Shown here: positions 13,085 through 26,591 of the stretch, one piece after another | Layout of the letters: every line of letters starts with the position of its first letter | How positions within the stretch are numbered: position 1 is the first letter of the stretch | Source of the DNA: Convolutriloba macropyga | Taxonomy: Eukaryota | Direction: 5' to 3' | Assembly (NCBI RefSeq): GCF_964194025.1 | Contig: NC_134468.1 | Coordinates: 22,196,001 to 22,260,000, forward strand | DNA length: 64,000 nucleotides | Made by a program: the position numbers and the translations under genes | The notes under the pieces: model-generated | What the model was told of the DNA's origin: nothing | The model's input: only the letters and a program-made list of their open reading frames with translations | Databases searched by the model: none

Positions 13085-15586
13085 ATTGTTCCGACCCACT
13101 TTAGTGGGGGAGGAACTATATACTCAAATGGGTTTTTTTCTCAATTTTCGGATCGACATATTCATCGCAGAGGGTTGTGAGTGGTTTCATTAGAAATCCC
13201 GTCCAGTGTAGAAAATATAACTAAATAGATTTTTTTTCATTTCGTCTTTTCCCCGAGTTATCGAGGTTTAAATTTTTGTGAATAATTGACTGATTTTCGT
13301 TATTATTGTTCACATTTTCCGTATTTTTTCCAAATTATTTGCCAATATTGCTTTAAAAAGTATGTTAAAAATGGTAAAAACTGTATTTTTGGTTTTAACT
13401 TTAAAAACAGAAGAGTGCTTTTGAACTGCTTCATCCAATTTTTGTCTAAAAATTAAGAAATAAACTTTTTAGTTCACTTTGTTTGCCGGATTAAAACACC
13501 AAAAACTACTGGCACAATCTTCGTTCACTCTAAAGAAGATTGTTTTACTTATGCACCCTTTGACAGTGTTCTTGGATTGATACTCGCCGTTTTTTTGCTA
13601 ACTTAACTCGATAATTATCCAAAAGCCATTATTTTTTCTGATATATTAACTTTTTCGCCAAAATTTTCATGTAAATAACATTCGAAACAAACATCTGCTC
13701 CTATTGGACGAACAGCAGTAGCAAGGCTGGTTTTGGTCTATTAGTTCTTTTACACAGTCCAAAAGGGATTCTGATTGTAATCAGTCAGTCTTTTTTTAAA
13801 ATATTCTTTTTATTTTTAATGCTAATTACAGAACAGAATGATTCAGAGAAAAGCATATCAAACACTGATAGGTCCAATTGCTTCCTATAGAGTTTCAAGG
13901 AAACCAATTAGTCCTCTTAGTCGAAAACGTATGGCCCTTTTCACTTCTAAAAATACTGGTTATCAAAACAAACAATGATTTATTGAGCTTTGCCACTTTC
14001 TTCTCTTAATGTTGCTCAATTTGGAGCTTAAGGCTAACGAAGACAGGTCGCAGCTTCTTATGCAACAAAATTTAATATTTAGTGCATTTTTAGGTTTCAA
14101 AAAAAATGCTATTCGGCCTTGAAACTTCGGGTTTTCACAAAAAAAATTCGATTCGTGGACATTTTCCCAGCTTCGAGGTTCCTTTTCTCGACTTTTCACA
14201 CTATTGAAAGGTCAAATATTCACTGATTGGCGTATAAAAAGAAGGCACAACAATTGAACATTTCAGTTTTTAAGTGAACAGTTTATCGATGCAACTGCTT
14301 CGAAGCTGCCTTCCAGCAGAATTTAACGGATTTTTCTTTTTTGTCTTCATTCTTGTAGTCCTAAAAAAATTCTGGAACATTGCAGCTGCTAGGGGCTTCC
14401 TCTGATTGGACAAAGGAACTTATTTACTGATTCAGGTTCTATTACTGATACAGGTTGTAGTTAAAGTTTTACATGACTTTGAAATCTAATGTTTTAAAAA
14501 ATATAGACGCATTTTTTAAATTTGCGCATTGCTGTTATTTTTTGTCTAATTGTTTTCTAGTCTCATTAACTACAGGTCGCATATAAAATAACTGGTTGTA
14601 ATAAAATGCACGATTGAACATATCAATTGTTTTACTGCATTGCTTCTTGTTTTGAGGGCTTCGATACGGGTTTTCCTCAGAATAATAGTATAATTTTTGA
14701 ATTTTGTCTTTGTTCGTTTTGTAGTCGTTTGATCAATTCTCGATAACTGCAGCCTATAAAGCCTTCCCATACACGAGTAAAGGAACCCATTTACTTAATT
14801 GTTTTTAGCTAAAACTTTTCATGACATTGAAAGCAAATTTTGCATATAAAAATAGACGTTTTTCAACTTTGCTGTTCTTTTCTTCTACTTGTTACCTTGT
14901 CTCATTAATTACAGGTTGCACTGTATAGTGTTCTTGCAGAACAAAAGGCACTACTGAACATATCTAGGGTTTTTAGTGCATTGGTTTTTGTTTTTACGGC
15001 TAGAGTACTGGTTTTTCATAAAATATTAATCAAGTTTTTGTAGATATACGACATATTCTGTATATTGAAAGGTTTCATTGTCTTTATATTGAGATATGAA
15101 TGAACTTGAACCAATTAAAAGATTTTAATTATTATCTAATAGTTTTCATTATTTGAAATTATTTTTTAAAAACAGAAACGTGTTTTTTAACGCTGCCGTT
15201 AAATCTGGTCTCATCTTCCTCTTGTGAAGTACAGATTAATTTGTTTAGCTTAGGTTTCATTTTGACTTGGTTATTAATTTTTTTCAATAAAAAGTACAAA
15301 TTGAGTTTTGGCGGTAAATGTATTTTGTTATTCGATTTTTTTTTTGTTTGTCTGTCTCGTAGTCTTGTTAATGGCAGGTTTTATCGGCCCACTAATGTGG
15401 TTCTATTCACTTTACTAAGTGATTTGAGTTGGAAGCAGTTTTTTATTCATAAACCAAATAATTTTGAACAGTATTCGAATTTTCGAAAGTTTTCTATTTC
15501 CTCATTTGGTAGAAAATTAAGCCAAAATTGTGGATAAGCGGGGTCGAAACATTATGCACGAATGCACATTAACGAGCCTCCTTGTT
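13085..15586 (+). mobile_element. Family A element, full length
   Basis: TGTTCCGACCC at 13087; GGGGTCGAAACA...ATGCACGAATGCACAT...GCCTCCTTGTT at ~15540-15586. Confidence 0.85.
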
Positions 15587-16042
15587 CAAAATAAAAGATA
15601 GAGAAAAATTCAAAAATAATTTGCAATTCTCTCCGCTTGTGTTGTTCTGACTGACCTCATACAACGAGGTAAGGAACTACATGCTAGACTGAGTTTCTTT
15701 GTTTTGTTGTGATTTTTGCCCTAGCCAAATATTGATCAATATTTCCAACAGACAAATGGTATCGTTCGAAGGCTCTTGCAATGACAGTTTTAAATTTTGC
15801 TTTTGTTAAGAAAGCGGGCTTCATAAAAACGAGGAGGAAAAACCACCACCATGGCAAATTCATCAGTGAATTTCCATTGACGATTTATTATACTTTTTCA
15901 ATGAAAGCATTCCAGGGTTAATTGACTAACGACTCCGAGCTGGCTATCGGTTGCCCTAATTAAAAACAAATTGCTCGTTCTAGCGTTTGTCGATAACTTT
16001 TAAACCTTTTTACACTGTTAAATTAAAACTATTTTACACTTG

Positions 16043-16230
16043 AACAAGGATGATCGGTATTGTGCGTTCGCATACAATGTTCCGACCCCACTCAACCCAG
16101 CCTTTAATTTCGAAATTTGTAATGAGAGCTTTTATTTTCAAGACAATTTTATGACAAATTTGTACACCAAGCAAAAAAAAACTAACCTTGGAGGTAGCAC
16201 AACAGAAGACAATCGGGGTTTCGGGTAATT
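16043..16230 (-). mobile_element. Family A 3'-end fragment, reverse orientation (right boundary approximate)
   Basis: aacaagga...tgtgcgttcgcata...tgttccgacccc is the reverse complement of the family A 3' terminus. Confidence 0.6.
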
Positions 16231-17279
16231 AAAAAAGTTTTATGATGGAGGGTTATAGTTGAAAAACAGTCCAACTTTCCTTTTTTTCTGAATCCCTTTG
16301 CAACCAAATTTTTGTTTGTAAACACTCTCTGAAGCAGATTCTCATCAATTGGCGCAAAAATGCAATCTTTTGAAAGAAAAATTGAACATTGTGAACCTCA
16401 CTGTGAATTGCAACCATATTTATCTGATATTTATTCTGGAAGGCGTTGTAGCAATAACATCTCAAACACTGATTGAACATGAAGATTTCCATTAGTTAAA
16501 CAAATCTACTCGAGCCAACTTACCCTATCTAGAAAGAGCCAACTTCACTATCTTCTGGAAAGTACTTCAAATGTAAGTGCAATTTCTGCACTTTATTAAA
16601 ATTAGGGAATAAGACAGAAACCTTCTGTAACAACTTAAAATCTGAAAAACGAATTTTAAAGGCAACCGCAACAAAGTGGCTTCAAAGGCTTTATTTCAAC
16701 AAAAAAGTAAAATTTTATAACCCTGTGAAAGTAAAAGCACCAAATAGCCCACTGTTTGTTCTATTTAAATGTATTCTGTTTTCGAACTTGTTTTTCGAAT
16801 GAAGAAACTAATGAAACTGAAGTTAGCTGCAATTTGCTTAAAACATACCTAAAATTGTTCGGTCACTTAGTTCGGTCGGAACAACACCATAATAATGTAT
16901 CACAAAATTATACCAATAACACATCAGCTGCTAAAGCTGGCATGACAAAAACTGATTTTTCAAACTTAATTAAAAACGCCATTATTATTTTGGAAGAGTT
17001 CATCAGCGCCTTTAATTAACTATACCCAAAAAGTCTAAAATTTTGAGTTCTATAAACTTAAGCTTGTTTGCAATAACCGCAAATTGGCTGATATAGGACA
17101 TGCATTTTTACTAAAGTTTCTTGAGCACTTAGAACGAATAAGATCATTTAAGAAAAATAACGACCAAACATCTACTGTGAGGCCAATGTATGTAAAAAAG
17201 TCAGCTACCAATACCGCTAGAACCTTCTCTGTCTCATGCTCAAAACGCATGTTAAAAATGCTAAAATGCATAGTGGACA

Positions 17280-18144
17280 AGGGTGATCGCGCGCGCTAGT
17301 TTACGGGTGGAGGGATGTGCAGGAGAAGCGATAGGTTGGGGATTTGCGGGGAAAGGGTGGAATGGGGTGTCAAAATCTTAGAACCGGCCTGCACATTACG
17401 AATTTATGTCTCCAAAAGAGCTGAGGCTAATCACATGCTTAGAGTCTAGCAAGCCGAAAGGCTCTAAGTATATGTTAAACAAAATCTTAGTCGCCAGAGG
17501 GAATTAGTGCCGACATGAGGGCGCTTGCGCCCGAGTGCTGGGCAAGAGGCCCGAGGGGGACCAAGATATTGCTAACGTATTTAGAGAACCAAAGGGTACG
17601 AGAGTGTATAATTTCATTCGCACATTAGTGAAAAATATCTTAAAAATATACAAGAGCTGAAATAAACCAAACTTCTCCCCCTCTGATAGCGCAGCAGCTG
17701 ATTATTTATAGCGGTCTGATTCAAAAAAAGAAAGTCTAAACTTTTATCCCTAACTTAGTGCCCAATAGGACATTGGGTCAAGGACAAAACAAAACTAGGC
17801 TCACTTCTTTAACTCTTAGGACCAAAAATTAGACTTCCACATCTTTTACTCTAAGTTAAAACGTTCATCCTAAGCTCTCTGCCTCGATTTTTTAGTGAGC
17901 GATGAAATCGTACCCTGGGTTTTCTAAGAAAACTTAATGTCCTCTGGGCTTCACCTGTTTATCCCGTTTTCAGGACAAAAAGTCAAAAGATTGAGACAAA
18001 AACATCGTTCAATCACAAAATCGAACTAAAAAACAAACAGCCACAAGTTGTGGACTAAAATTCAAAGAATTTTTTAGATGAAACAAAAAACGGCCTACAA
18101 AGGGGCTAAGAATGGACTCGGAAAGCCCGTTTAAGAGCAATTAA
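17280..18144 (-). mobile_element. Family E element interrupted by a palindromic insertion (~17475-17930)
   Basis: G-rich tract ending gtcaaaatc, E core at ~17945, terminus AGAGCAATTAA at 18134-18144. Confidence 0.55.
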
Positions 18145-18268
18145 TCATTTATTTATTTATATTCAAACTCATCAAAACAAGCCGAAAAGCCAACCACTAT
18201 AAAACATCACAAAGTTCATTTCTATCAAGTATAATTAAGAAAAATACAATATTGTCGAATCATTTGGA

Positions 18269-18315
18269 TTACATTTTCTTTAACTTTTGGGGAAAATTCT
18301 GGAAATTTTCCATAA
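18269..18315 (-). CDS. MRPL41: MRPL41 probable terminal exon (IMENFQNFPQKLKKM*)
   Basis: Follows a 35-nt GT-AG intron at 18350-18316 with a CCTAAT branch point. IMENFQN resembles the IxEDFK segment of mL41. AATAAA lies ~110 nt downstream. Confidence 0.55.
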
Positions 18316-18350
18316 CTAAAGAAAATATTAGGTTCAAATAATCTATTTAC

Positions 18351-18714
18351 TATAATTGGCATCATACAAATCTCTTGCGGTCAAAGGTTTACTTATATCT
18401 TTCAGACTTTTATTCTCAACGGACAAACTCATATAAGGCTTTAGTCTGAATCCCGTAAGGTCAGGAATTACAAGTTTAGGGCACATCTCGGGTATATGAA
18501 CAAATTTCTGTCTTCCTTGTTCAGTGTTCAAGTAATAACCAAGCACAGGCTCACCGTAATCAATAACATGTGACAGACGTTTATCCGATTCGTAAGACCA
18601 GGGAACTGAAGCGTCATCCAGTTCGAACTTATACCTCCATTTCTTCATTGTAGGGTCCTTTTTCAGATACTTGAAATGCCGGATTCGCGTCAAGTAACCT
18701 CCGCTTGGTGGCAT
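18351..18714 (-). CDS. MRPL41: Mitochondrial ribosomal protein L41 (mL41), main exon
   Basis: KFVHIPEMCPKLVIPDLTGFRLKPYMS...LTARDLYDANY matches the mL41 signature (FVxxxEMxPxxVVPDLTGFKLKPYVS). Confidence 0.9.
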
Positions 18715-20231
18715 ATCTGTCTAAAATCAAAACCCAATCTGTTAAATCGAAGCACCGATAGAAAAATCATGAGCAGTTAATCTGCGACGAGAAGACATAA
18801 TCACAGCGCCTGAAAAGAAATTACCAAGCTAGCTGCCCCAATAATTACACTTCTGATGAATCTACGAACAGAACTGGGTGCACTTATTTTTTATTGATCA
18901 AGCTGTTTTTCAGCTGTACGTGCAAGGCCTCATTAGAAAAAGCTTATCTAGCTTTCTTCGATAACTAAAGAGCTTATCTAGCGTTCGTCGATAACTTTTA
19001 CAGTTTTTTACAATGGTAAATTAAAACTATTTTAAACTTAAATTATCTTATATCACGTTCTTTATGTATCAATCACTTTATTTTTGATAGCTTCAGAACT
19101 CTCTTCGTCACTTTTGCCTCATTTTGAAATTTTGGTAGCCAGATCTGCTTGATAATGGAACGGATTTTTATAACCAATTGGCGCAGAGAGTTAAGAAGTT
19201 CAATCGATTACAACAAACAATGGATTAAAAAATTACTTGGTCTTTTCCTAATTTCTTTCGGACACAACAGACAAGTAGAATAGGGGTTGCAAAATTGGCA
19301 GTCGTGTTTTTCTTCTATAAGCATATGTTTTTCTATAAGCATAACTATATATTTTGCATTGAGTGAAATATCTACAGTGATTGGGTTTTGAAATAAAAGG
19401 ACAATAAAATTTAGCAAAAGTATTAGCCAAACTTTGGACGAATTGCGCTAGTTCCTATGGCAGAATTTTGCTCGATTTAAAAATATATGTCTAGGGTTCA
19501 AGAGGGGGCTATGTAAAATAGAATTGCTGCAAACTCATGGGGAACAACAAGCATTGATCAGGGGGCACTTAGTGGGAGGTTCCAGACCAGCTCGTCGGTA
19601 ACTCTAACATATCTATAGAATGTTTCTCCTGAACTCCTGAAATTCTCAACCGATGCCTTTACTTTTCCGAAACAATGATTTTCAAGAAGTGAAAAGACGA
19701 AACAAAAAAATAAAAGCAGATGAAAGTCTCAATACACAACGCAAATAGAAATTCTTTGACATAATGTATACTCATAGCATGAAAATCAATTACAATAAGA
19801 GTCAATTCAGTGCGCGTTTGAAGTTTGAAGAACAACGTAGAAAAACAAACAAAAGATTGAACAAAAATACGCCAGCACAAAAAAACTTTCGAAATAACTT
19901 GTCAAAACACTTTGTATCATATAAGAGTGAATAGCGAAGCTCAATCAACAGAATGCAAAGGAATAGACTCCGAGCTTGGTACAAATTGTTTTAACATTTG
20001 AGCACAAAACAAATATTCCTCGCCAGTAACCGCAGCCTAATTCAGATCTAGAGCAACTCGTCGCTCTCTGGAGCTGTGGTTCAGGTCAGAGCACTAAACT
20101 ACTCAGATGCAAGAAAAGAATGAAAAATACGTAACGCAGAATATTAGGCGAAAACTCGATTAGGCGAACACTATTTTTGTAGCATTAGGCAAAAAGTTGG
20201 AACTTAAGTTTCGTAGATATTACGCCAATAC

Positions 20232-20904
20232 CAAATAAAACACTTAAAAGCGGTACTTCAAACTCCACTTGACGCTATAAAGTATCCAAGTGACCCTCAA
20301 AAAATGTCTGCATGAGAATAGCTTACAAAGATGGTCACAATCTTTTCATTATTTTGCAATTGAAGAACTTCATTTTATGTCCGTCCAGCATTTAAGGCAA
20401 CATTTTTCTAGAATTTTTACGCCCCATAACTCTTAAAATATTCAGAATAAAGCAATGAAAATATTTTTTATGGTTTCAATTTTTTGCCGATTACCTTTGC
20501 CCGAATGTTATCGAGGGGCAAAAACAGTTTGTAATAATGGTATTATTTAAATAAGCTTTATGTACTAATTTTCATGTAACGACCTTCATTAGGAACACAT
20601 TAGTATTTCATAGCGTCAAGTGGACTTGGAAGTACCCTCTTTAAGTGCTAAGTGCTTTATTTGACATTTGCCTAATGTCCCCAAAACTAGTTCAAACATC
20701 CCATCCACCGGATAATACACCGGTTACCAAATAGGTTATTTACTCATTTTCATGTAACGACATTCATTAGGAACACATTAGTATTTCATAGCGTCAAGTG
20801 GACTTGGAAGTACCCTCTTTAAGTAAGTGCTTTACTTGACATTTGCCTAATGTCCCCAAAACTAGTTCAAACATCCCATCCACCGGCTAATACACCAGTT
20901 ACCA
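20232..20904. repeat. Fold-back segment with one arm tandemly duplicated
   Basis: 20232-20278 is an imperfect inverted copy of ~20610-20664. ~20569-20730 is repeated directly at ~20747-20904 (period 178). Confidence 0.8.
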
Positions 20905-21816
20905 ACCCCGGATAAACCCAGGAAGAAACTTGTGGAAAATTTGTAACATAAGAGGGATCAGCAAAACTTAAAAGAATGCAGAAGAGAAAACCAAAAAACA
21001 ACGCTCTCTTGAGTGCAAGCTTGGCCAAGAAAGTTCTAATATTCTATGAGCGCAAAAAATCATGTTCGCTGGAGAACGCTTTTGTACAAATATACCGCCA
21101 CACAGCCAGGTTCTGATTAAAAATTCAGAACTTGAAAAAAATACAAGAAATGAATCACGAACTGTTTTTGATTTAACCTACCATGAAAATTAGCAAGAAA
21201 ATCATTGAGCAAGCATAACACCCGCACTGTCAAAATTCCACTTCACAACAAATAAAAAATAGATAGTATATCTCTTGAAAGTTCTGATTTCTGCTTCCAT
21301 TCAGTGAAACTCCTGTTAACTGACTCAAAAATCCCATGGAAAGAAAAATTGTGAATTGTATTAGAGTCAAATCTTTGAGTGAATAAAACAGAGAAGTCCA
21401 AAACTGAAGCGCTGAAAAAGAAACATTTATTGTTTTTGTAACTTTTCAAGCAAATAGGGTCAAAAGGTACAAGGAAATTTAAAAGTGAAGATTGAAGACA
21501 GTAACAGTCCCAAAAACAGCGGTACTTTGAAAAAAATACCACTCGCAGAAAACCGAAAACAACCCAAATTTTCGTGACATTTTTTGAAAAAGCTTGATAT
21601 TGCCAACCAAAGAGACAGCATACCATTGCTTTTAGGGAAACACTAATGCGAAACCGACTTTCGTATCTAAGTATAGATTTTTTTTACCAATGAATACTAA
21701 TTGAAGTATGCTTCAGCGGACGCATCCCAGCAATTTTAACTACTTCGCAACGCCGCTGTTACCAATATTTGACAGGGGGGAGGGGCACTTTTTGTGAAAA
21801 AAATGTTCAAAAAAGG

Positions 21817-23803
21817 AAAACATAGCCAGTAGATTGCCTGAAAAGAGCCGCGATAGACGCTTGTGGCCTTCCATGAACTGAAACAACTAAAGAAATAAGA
21901 TAGACAGATCGACCACAGGTCCTTTAATAGACCACTAGACTTTTCGGGATATATTCGGACAGTCAATTTTATGACACATACGGTCTATAAGGAAAAAGTC
22001 CTAAAAGAGCCTTTTCAAAATTGACATTCTGAATCCAAAACTCAAGACTAATAAAGAAGAATTGGAGCATGTAAGTTTGGCACTACTTACTAGATGCACA
22101 CTAGTAAATGTTAATAAAATTTAAAGTTCCATAAGTGAGTTCAGAAGTCATTTTTTTGAGTGAAGTAAGTCAAGCAATTGAACTAGAGCAGAAATGACGT
22201 CTTGTACACAAATTTTAACTGTAAAGCAGTAGAAGTCACTGAATTCATTGAAAAAGTCAATTCCAAGCAGTCAGGTCGAAAGAATCATCGATGGAGACGG
22301 CGAATTAAAAAAAACATAGCAGGACAAGTCCTGAAATAAAACTCAAAGAATTGATTGAAACACTTAGAAGTACTCTACCTGACCACCAGATCAATTGAAC
22401 AATGCCAGCCAAAACACAAACAAAGTAATCTCAAAACATAGAAACAAACAATCAAACAAACTGAACAAAAATATAATTATCGCAAAAACTTAGTAGCTTT
22501 TACCCCTAAGGCAAAATTTAATCCCTTTAAATATACCGATTTCAAAAATATGTTCAAAACCAAATTTTGTGTCTGAAATTGGTGCAGTATTACATCTGCA
22601 AGGCTTGAAAAAACTCATTGGCCATTGAAGATCGATTAACTCGAAAATAACAAAAATTTTTTAAGAAATGAAATCAATTGCAAATTTTAATGAAATACTG
22701 CTAAAAATTGCGATATTAATATCTTAGAAATCAACTCTGTGCCTCTAGAGGCTATCCAGTAACTCAATTCCAAGCCTTAAAAAAATAATTGGTTCAAAGA
22801 TCGCTAGGCAATAATTTTTATAAAAAAATTCATATATATTCAAGAAATTTGCTCTTTTAAAATGTTGAAAACCATTAAATTGCCCCCCTAGCAACTAGAT
22901 AATAAATACTATCAAACCCTGTATGAGGTTATCTGGCTACTTAGGCAAGAAAAACTGAGTGAAAGACAAATGTTTGGAAAAAACTTATAAAATTTTACCA
23001 GAAAATTTTTAAAATTCGAAAGGTCAAATTGTTTAAAACAAATCCATTGAAACTAACAACCATACAGTTTCTTTTTTCAGATCGTGGAATAGGTGTCCTG
23101 GCACTTGAAAATGGACAGATATCAAAAATTGACAAAAACTTAAGGAAAGCTTTAAAAAAATTGCAGATTTTATCAAAAAATGCTAAAATTCGAGACATTA
23201 AAATGTAGAAAACCAATCCATTGTTACTAGAAACAATACAGTGCCATATTATCAAACCCTATAGAAGACTCCCTGGCCCCTGAAACTGGTAAAACTCAAA
23301 AAAATTACAAAAGTTTCATAAAAATTGCAAAAATTAGTATCATTTTGCGTCTTTGTGTTTGTAGTACCAAAACATATAGCTCATAAAATGGTCATAACGA
23401 GTAAATTTGTCTCGCAAAAGGCCTTCATCAACTTTTAAAAACTTCAACCTAAGACTAACCAAACAAAAAACTAAAGAAAAATCACAAAATATGAAAAATT
23501 GTACCATTTTGAGCCCAAAAAGTCCTAAAAATGACCTTTTAACCTTAAATTGAGGCCATCCCAGCAGCTCCACCACTCTAAGCAATTGAAGGACTGCTAA
23601 CATCTACTTTGGACCTGTAATGAAACTTAATGTCCGCTGTGCTTTACCTGTTTATCCCGTTTTGAAAGATCAAAGTCATTGAAAAATGTGTGAACACATC
23701 TTTAAAAAAGAAAACAGCGCCACAATACAATTCAAATTCTTTGAATTGTAAAATCCCACGATGTCCCCAATAACAATCACTATAGCTTCGCGGCTATTAA
23801 AAA
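21817..23803 (-). mobile_element. Family B element containing nested family D (22311-23753)
   Basis: B ends aaaacatagccagtagattgcctg / gcggctattaaaaa; D ends aaacatagcaggacaagtcctg / tacaattcaaattctttgaattgta. Confidence 0.75.
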
Positions 23804-24169
23804 ACATTGATTCAATTGACTTATTTTGATACAATTCAATTCACAATTAAGAAAAAATACAAATCGAAATTGACTTGTAAAATACAGTAAAATTCCTCCG
23901 ATAACATCAGGCAAAAAAAATCAATAGCAAAAAATTATTTCTCAGAAATTTTGAATCGAATTGAAAATTGTAATGGCTAACTAAGTTAGAACGTAAGGGA
24001 TTTATTCAGCAAATATTGATCTTGATAAACTGACTTTGACTCATCTGATCAGATTTTGAAGCTCTTAAGATATTCAGATTTCTCAGCCCAATATAGAGGT
24101 TAACTACTTATTACGGAATGAAATCAAATTAATCATGAGACCAATTGGGACTGTTTCATAAACAATAAT

Positions 24170-26591
24170 AAATATAGCAAGCAGATTGCCAGAAAATAGC
24201 CGCCATAGCTTCGTAGATCTACGGTCTCAAAAAACAGTAAAAAGACTGACCAAAAAGATACTCTTTTCATTAAAGGATGATATGTTATGTTTGATAAGGA
24301 ATCTGTATAACTCATTGCTGTCTCTATTACCTGCTCTCAAATAACCTTCATTTAGAAAAAACACACATTCAATTGACCTTATCTCTTTGAATTCAAGTAA
24401 ACAAAAGTCAATTTCAAAGTGAGGAAGTCATTTTTAAGAGTGAGGTAAGTCACGTCTGACCCAAAACTTAATCGAGCGAATGAACAAAACAACTCGCTCC
24501 ACTATTGAGTGAGAAATGACTTCACGCACGCAATTCAAATAAAACTATATGAACGAATGAACAAAAAGCAGATTTGATGTGGATGTGACGTCAAATGCTC
24601 GTAACAAACATCTTGAAGACGAATTGAAAAACATAGCAGAACAAGTCCTGACGTTTAATTCAAAAAATTCTCATTGACTAAACAAAACCTAGACCGAAAA
24701 CGGACTATGAGGGAATTGAAAAAAACTTAAAACATAAAAAAAACTCTAAATCAATGTCAAAATCCGCATGTGAACAAAAAACCACTAGCGAAAGCAAATT
24801 TTTGTCAAAACAACGTTTTCTCACGCTACTTTAAAATTAGAGTGAAAAAATTTCACGCCGCAAAACTACTCGCTTTTTCACTCTACTTCCTGTTTCGGCG
24901 TGACCAAAATCACTACAATTTGACTTCAAAAAATCATGAAAATGTGTTAACATATCTTAAAACAAAGCCGGAAGAATTCCGGAAACGACTAGTAGGAAAA
25001 AACTAACGCCCCTAACTAATATAAATCTTAATCTACTGAGTGACCACAAAAAACAACACAATGCTTCTCCAACTGAATAACATTATTCACTTTAAAACAA
25101 GAAAATGAAAAAGAATGAAGAAGTATCTGACCACAAAAGACGATAAAGCATGTGCTAAAATTTCATATTGAGTTGCAAGTTTAAAAAACAACTTTTTGCG
25201 AAAACCCATGCGATATCTTTAGTTTTATTTCGTTGAACGACTGCAAATTGAGAGAAAAAACCAGCACATATTTTCAAGTAGAGAAAACGGAGGTAAGAGA
25301 AAGAAATGAAGAACAAAACCAAATATATTCTTTATAAAACTGCAACAAAATTTAGCCACAAATTATGGCTCGACTGCAATTATGCTGAATCCAAATCATT
25401 ATTTAAAAAAAACTCTTAATACTACTTCTGAAAAAGCGTACACCAATCCAAAACATTGTCGATTTACAAAGTAAAGACAAAGAACGAAAGTCATTGAAAA
25501 GTGCACTAAAAAAATTCCATCAACACCTCTAAAAAGATTTCTATTCAAAACTATAACTGTAAAAAGTAGCAAAAAGCACACAACACAAAGATTTCAGCAA
25601 AAACAAGCAAAAAAACACGAAAAATCGCAGAAATCTTTATAAAAAATACTCAATTATATTTAAATTGACAAAAAACTAAAATCAAAACCAACAACATTAA
25701 TCAAAAACAACTGATTCGGACTATAGGTATCCCCAAATGCTAAAAAAAATTTAAGAAGGGCATTTAAAAACAATTTGTAACAAAATCTTTTAAAAAATTA
25801 TACATTTTTTGATTTCACGAGAGCAAATAGAGCCAAAAAACGTATATCGGAGCACATAGAGTATTGAAAAGCCTCCAATATAATAGGTAGGCAAGCAAAA
25901 TAGGCTAAGATGCTTTTTTTAAGATTAGAAAAAAAAACGAAAAACAGCAAAAAATTAAGAAAAATAATTAATTTAAATTTTCTCAGTTTATTGTGATTTC
26001 TCCTAACAAAAAAAATCGTTTAATACCTTTGAAACTGTAATCACTTGGTACCTAAAGACTCCATAACTAATATGCGTCTATTCAAAGCCCATACAAAGCA
26101 GTATAACAAAACAAAATTCAAAAAAAATTTGCCAAATTTCAAAATAGCTGAAAAACCTGCAAAATGGTACAAAAAAATCATATTAATGACCAGAAACCTA
26201 CAAACCACTGTCAAAACAACCCTAAAAATAATACAATATCATAATCAAACTTCTAAACCAAAAAATAAACAAAAAACGGTTTTAAAAACCCGCACATGAA
26301 CACACAATTTCGCTCGCTTACGGAAATTGTTTACCACTCTTTTTGCTTCCACTCTTCAAAATGTTCAAACTTTGTTCAGGACCAAAATCACTCCAAAATT
26401 ATTTCACGCATTTCATTTCCTGCTTCAAAATTCACTCCAACTTAAGTGATTTTAAAAAAGGACTTCTCCAAAAACTCCTCTTCGAGTCGCAAAAAAAGAC
26501 AGCGCCCCAATACAATTCAAATTCTTTGAAATGTAAAAAACCAAGAGAAGGCCAATAACAGCCCCAGCTAACGGTATGCGGCTATTAAAAA
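24170..26591 (-). mobile_element. Triple nest: family B containing D (24627-26540) containing C (24959-26497)
   Basis: Three 3' termini at 24170, 24627 and 24959, and three stacked 5' termini at ~26475-26591 in the mirror order C, D, B. Confidence 0.85.
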
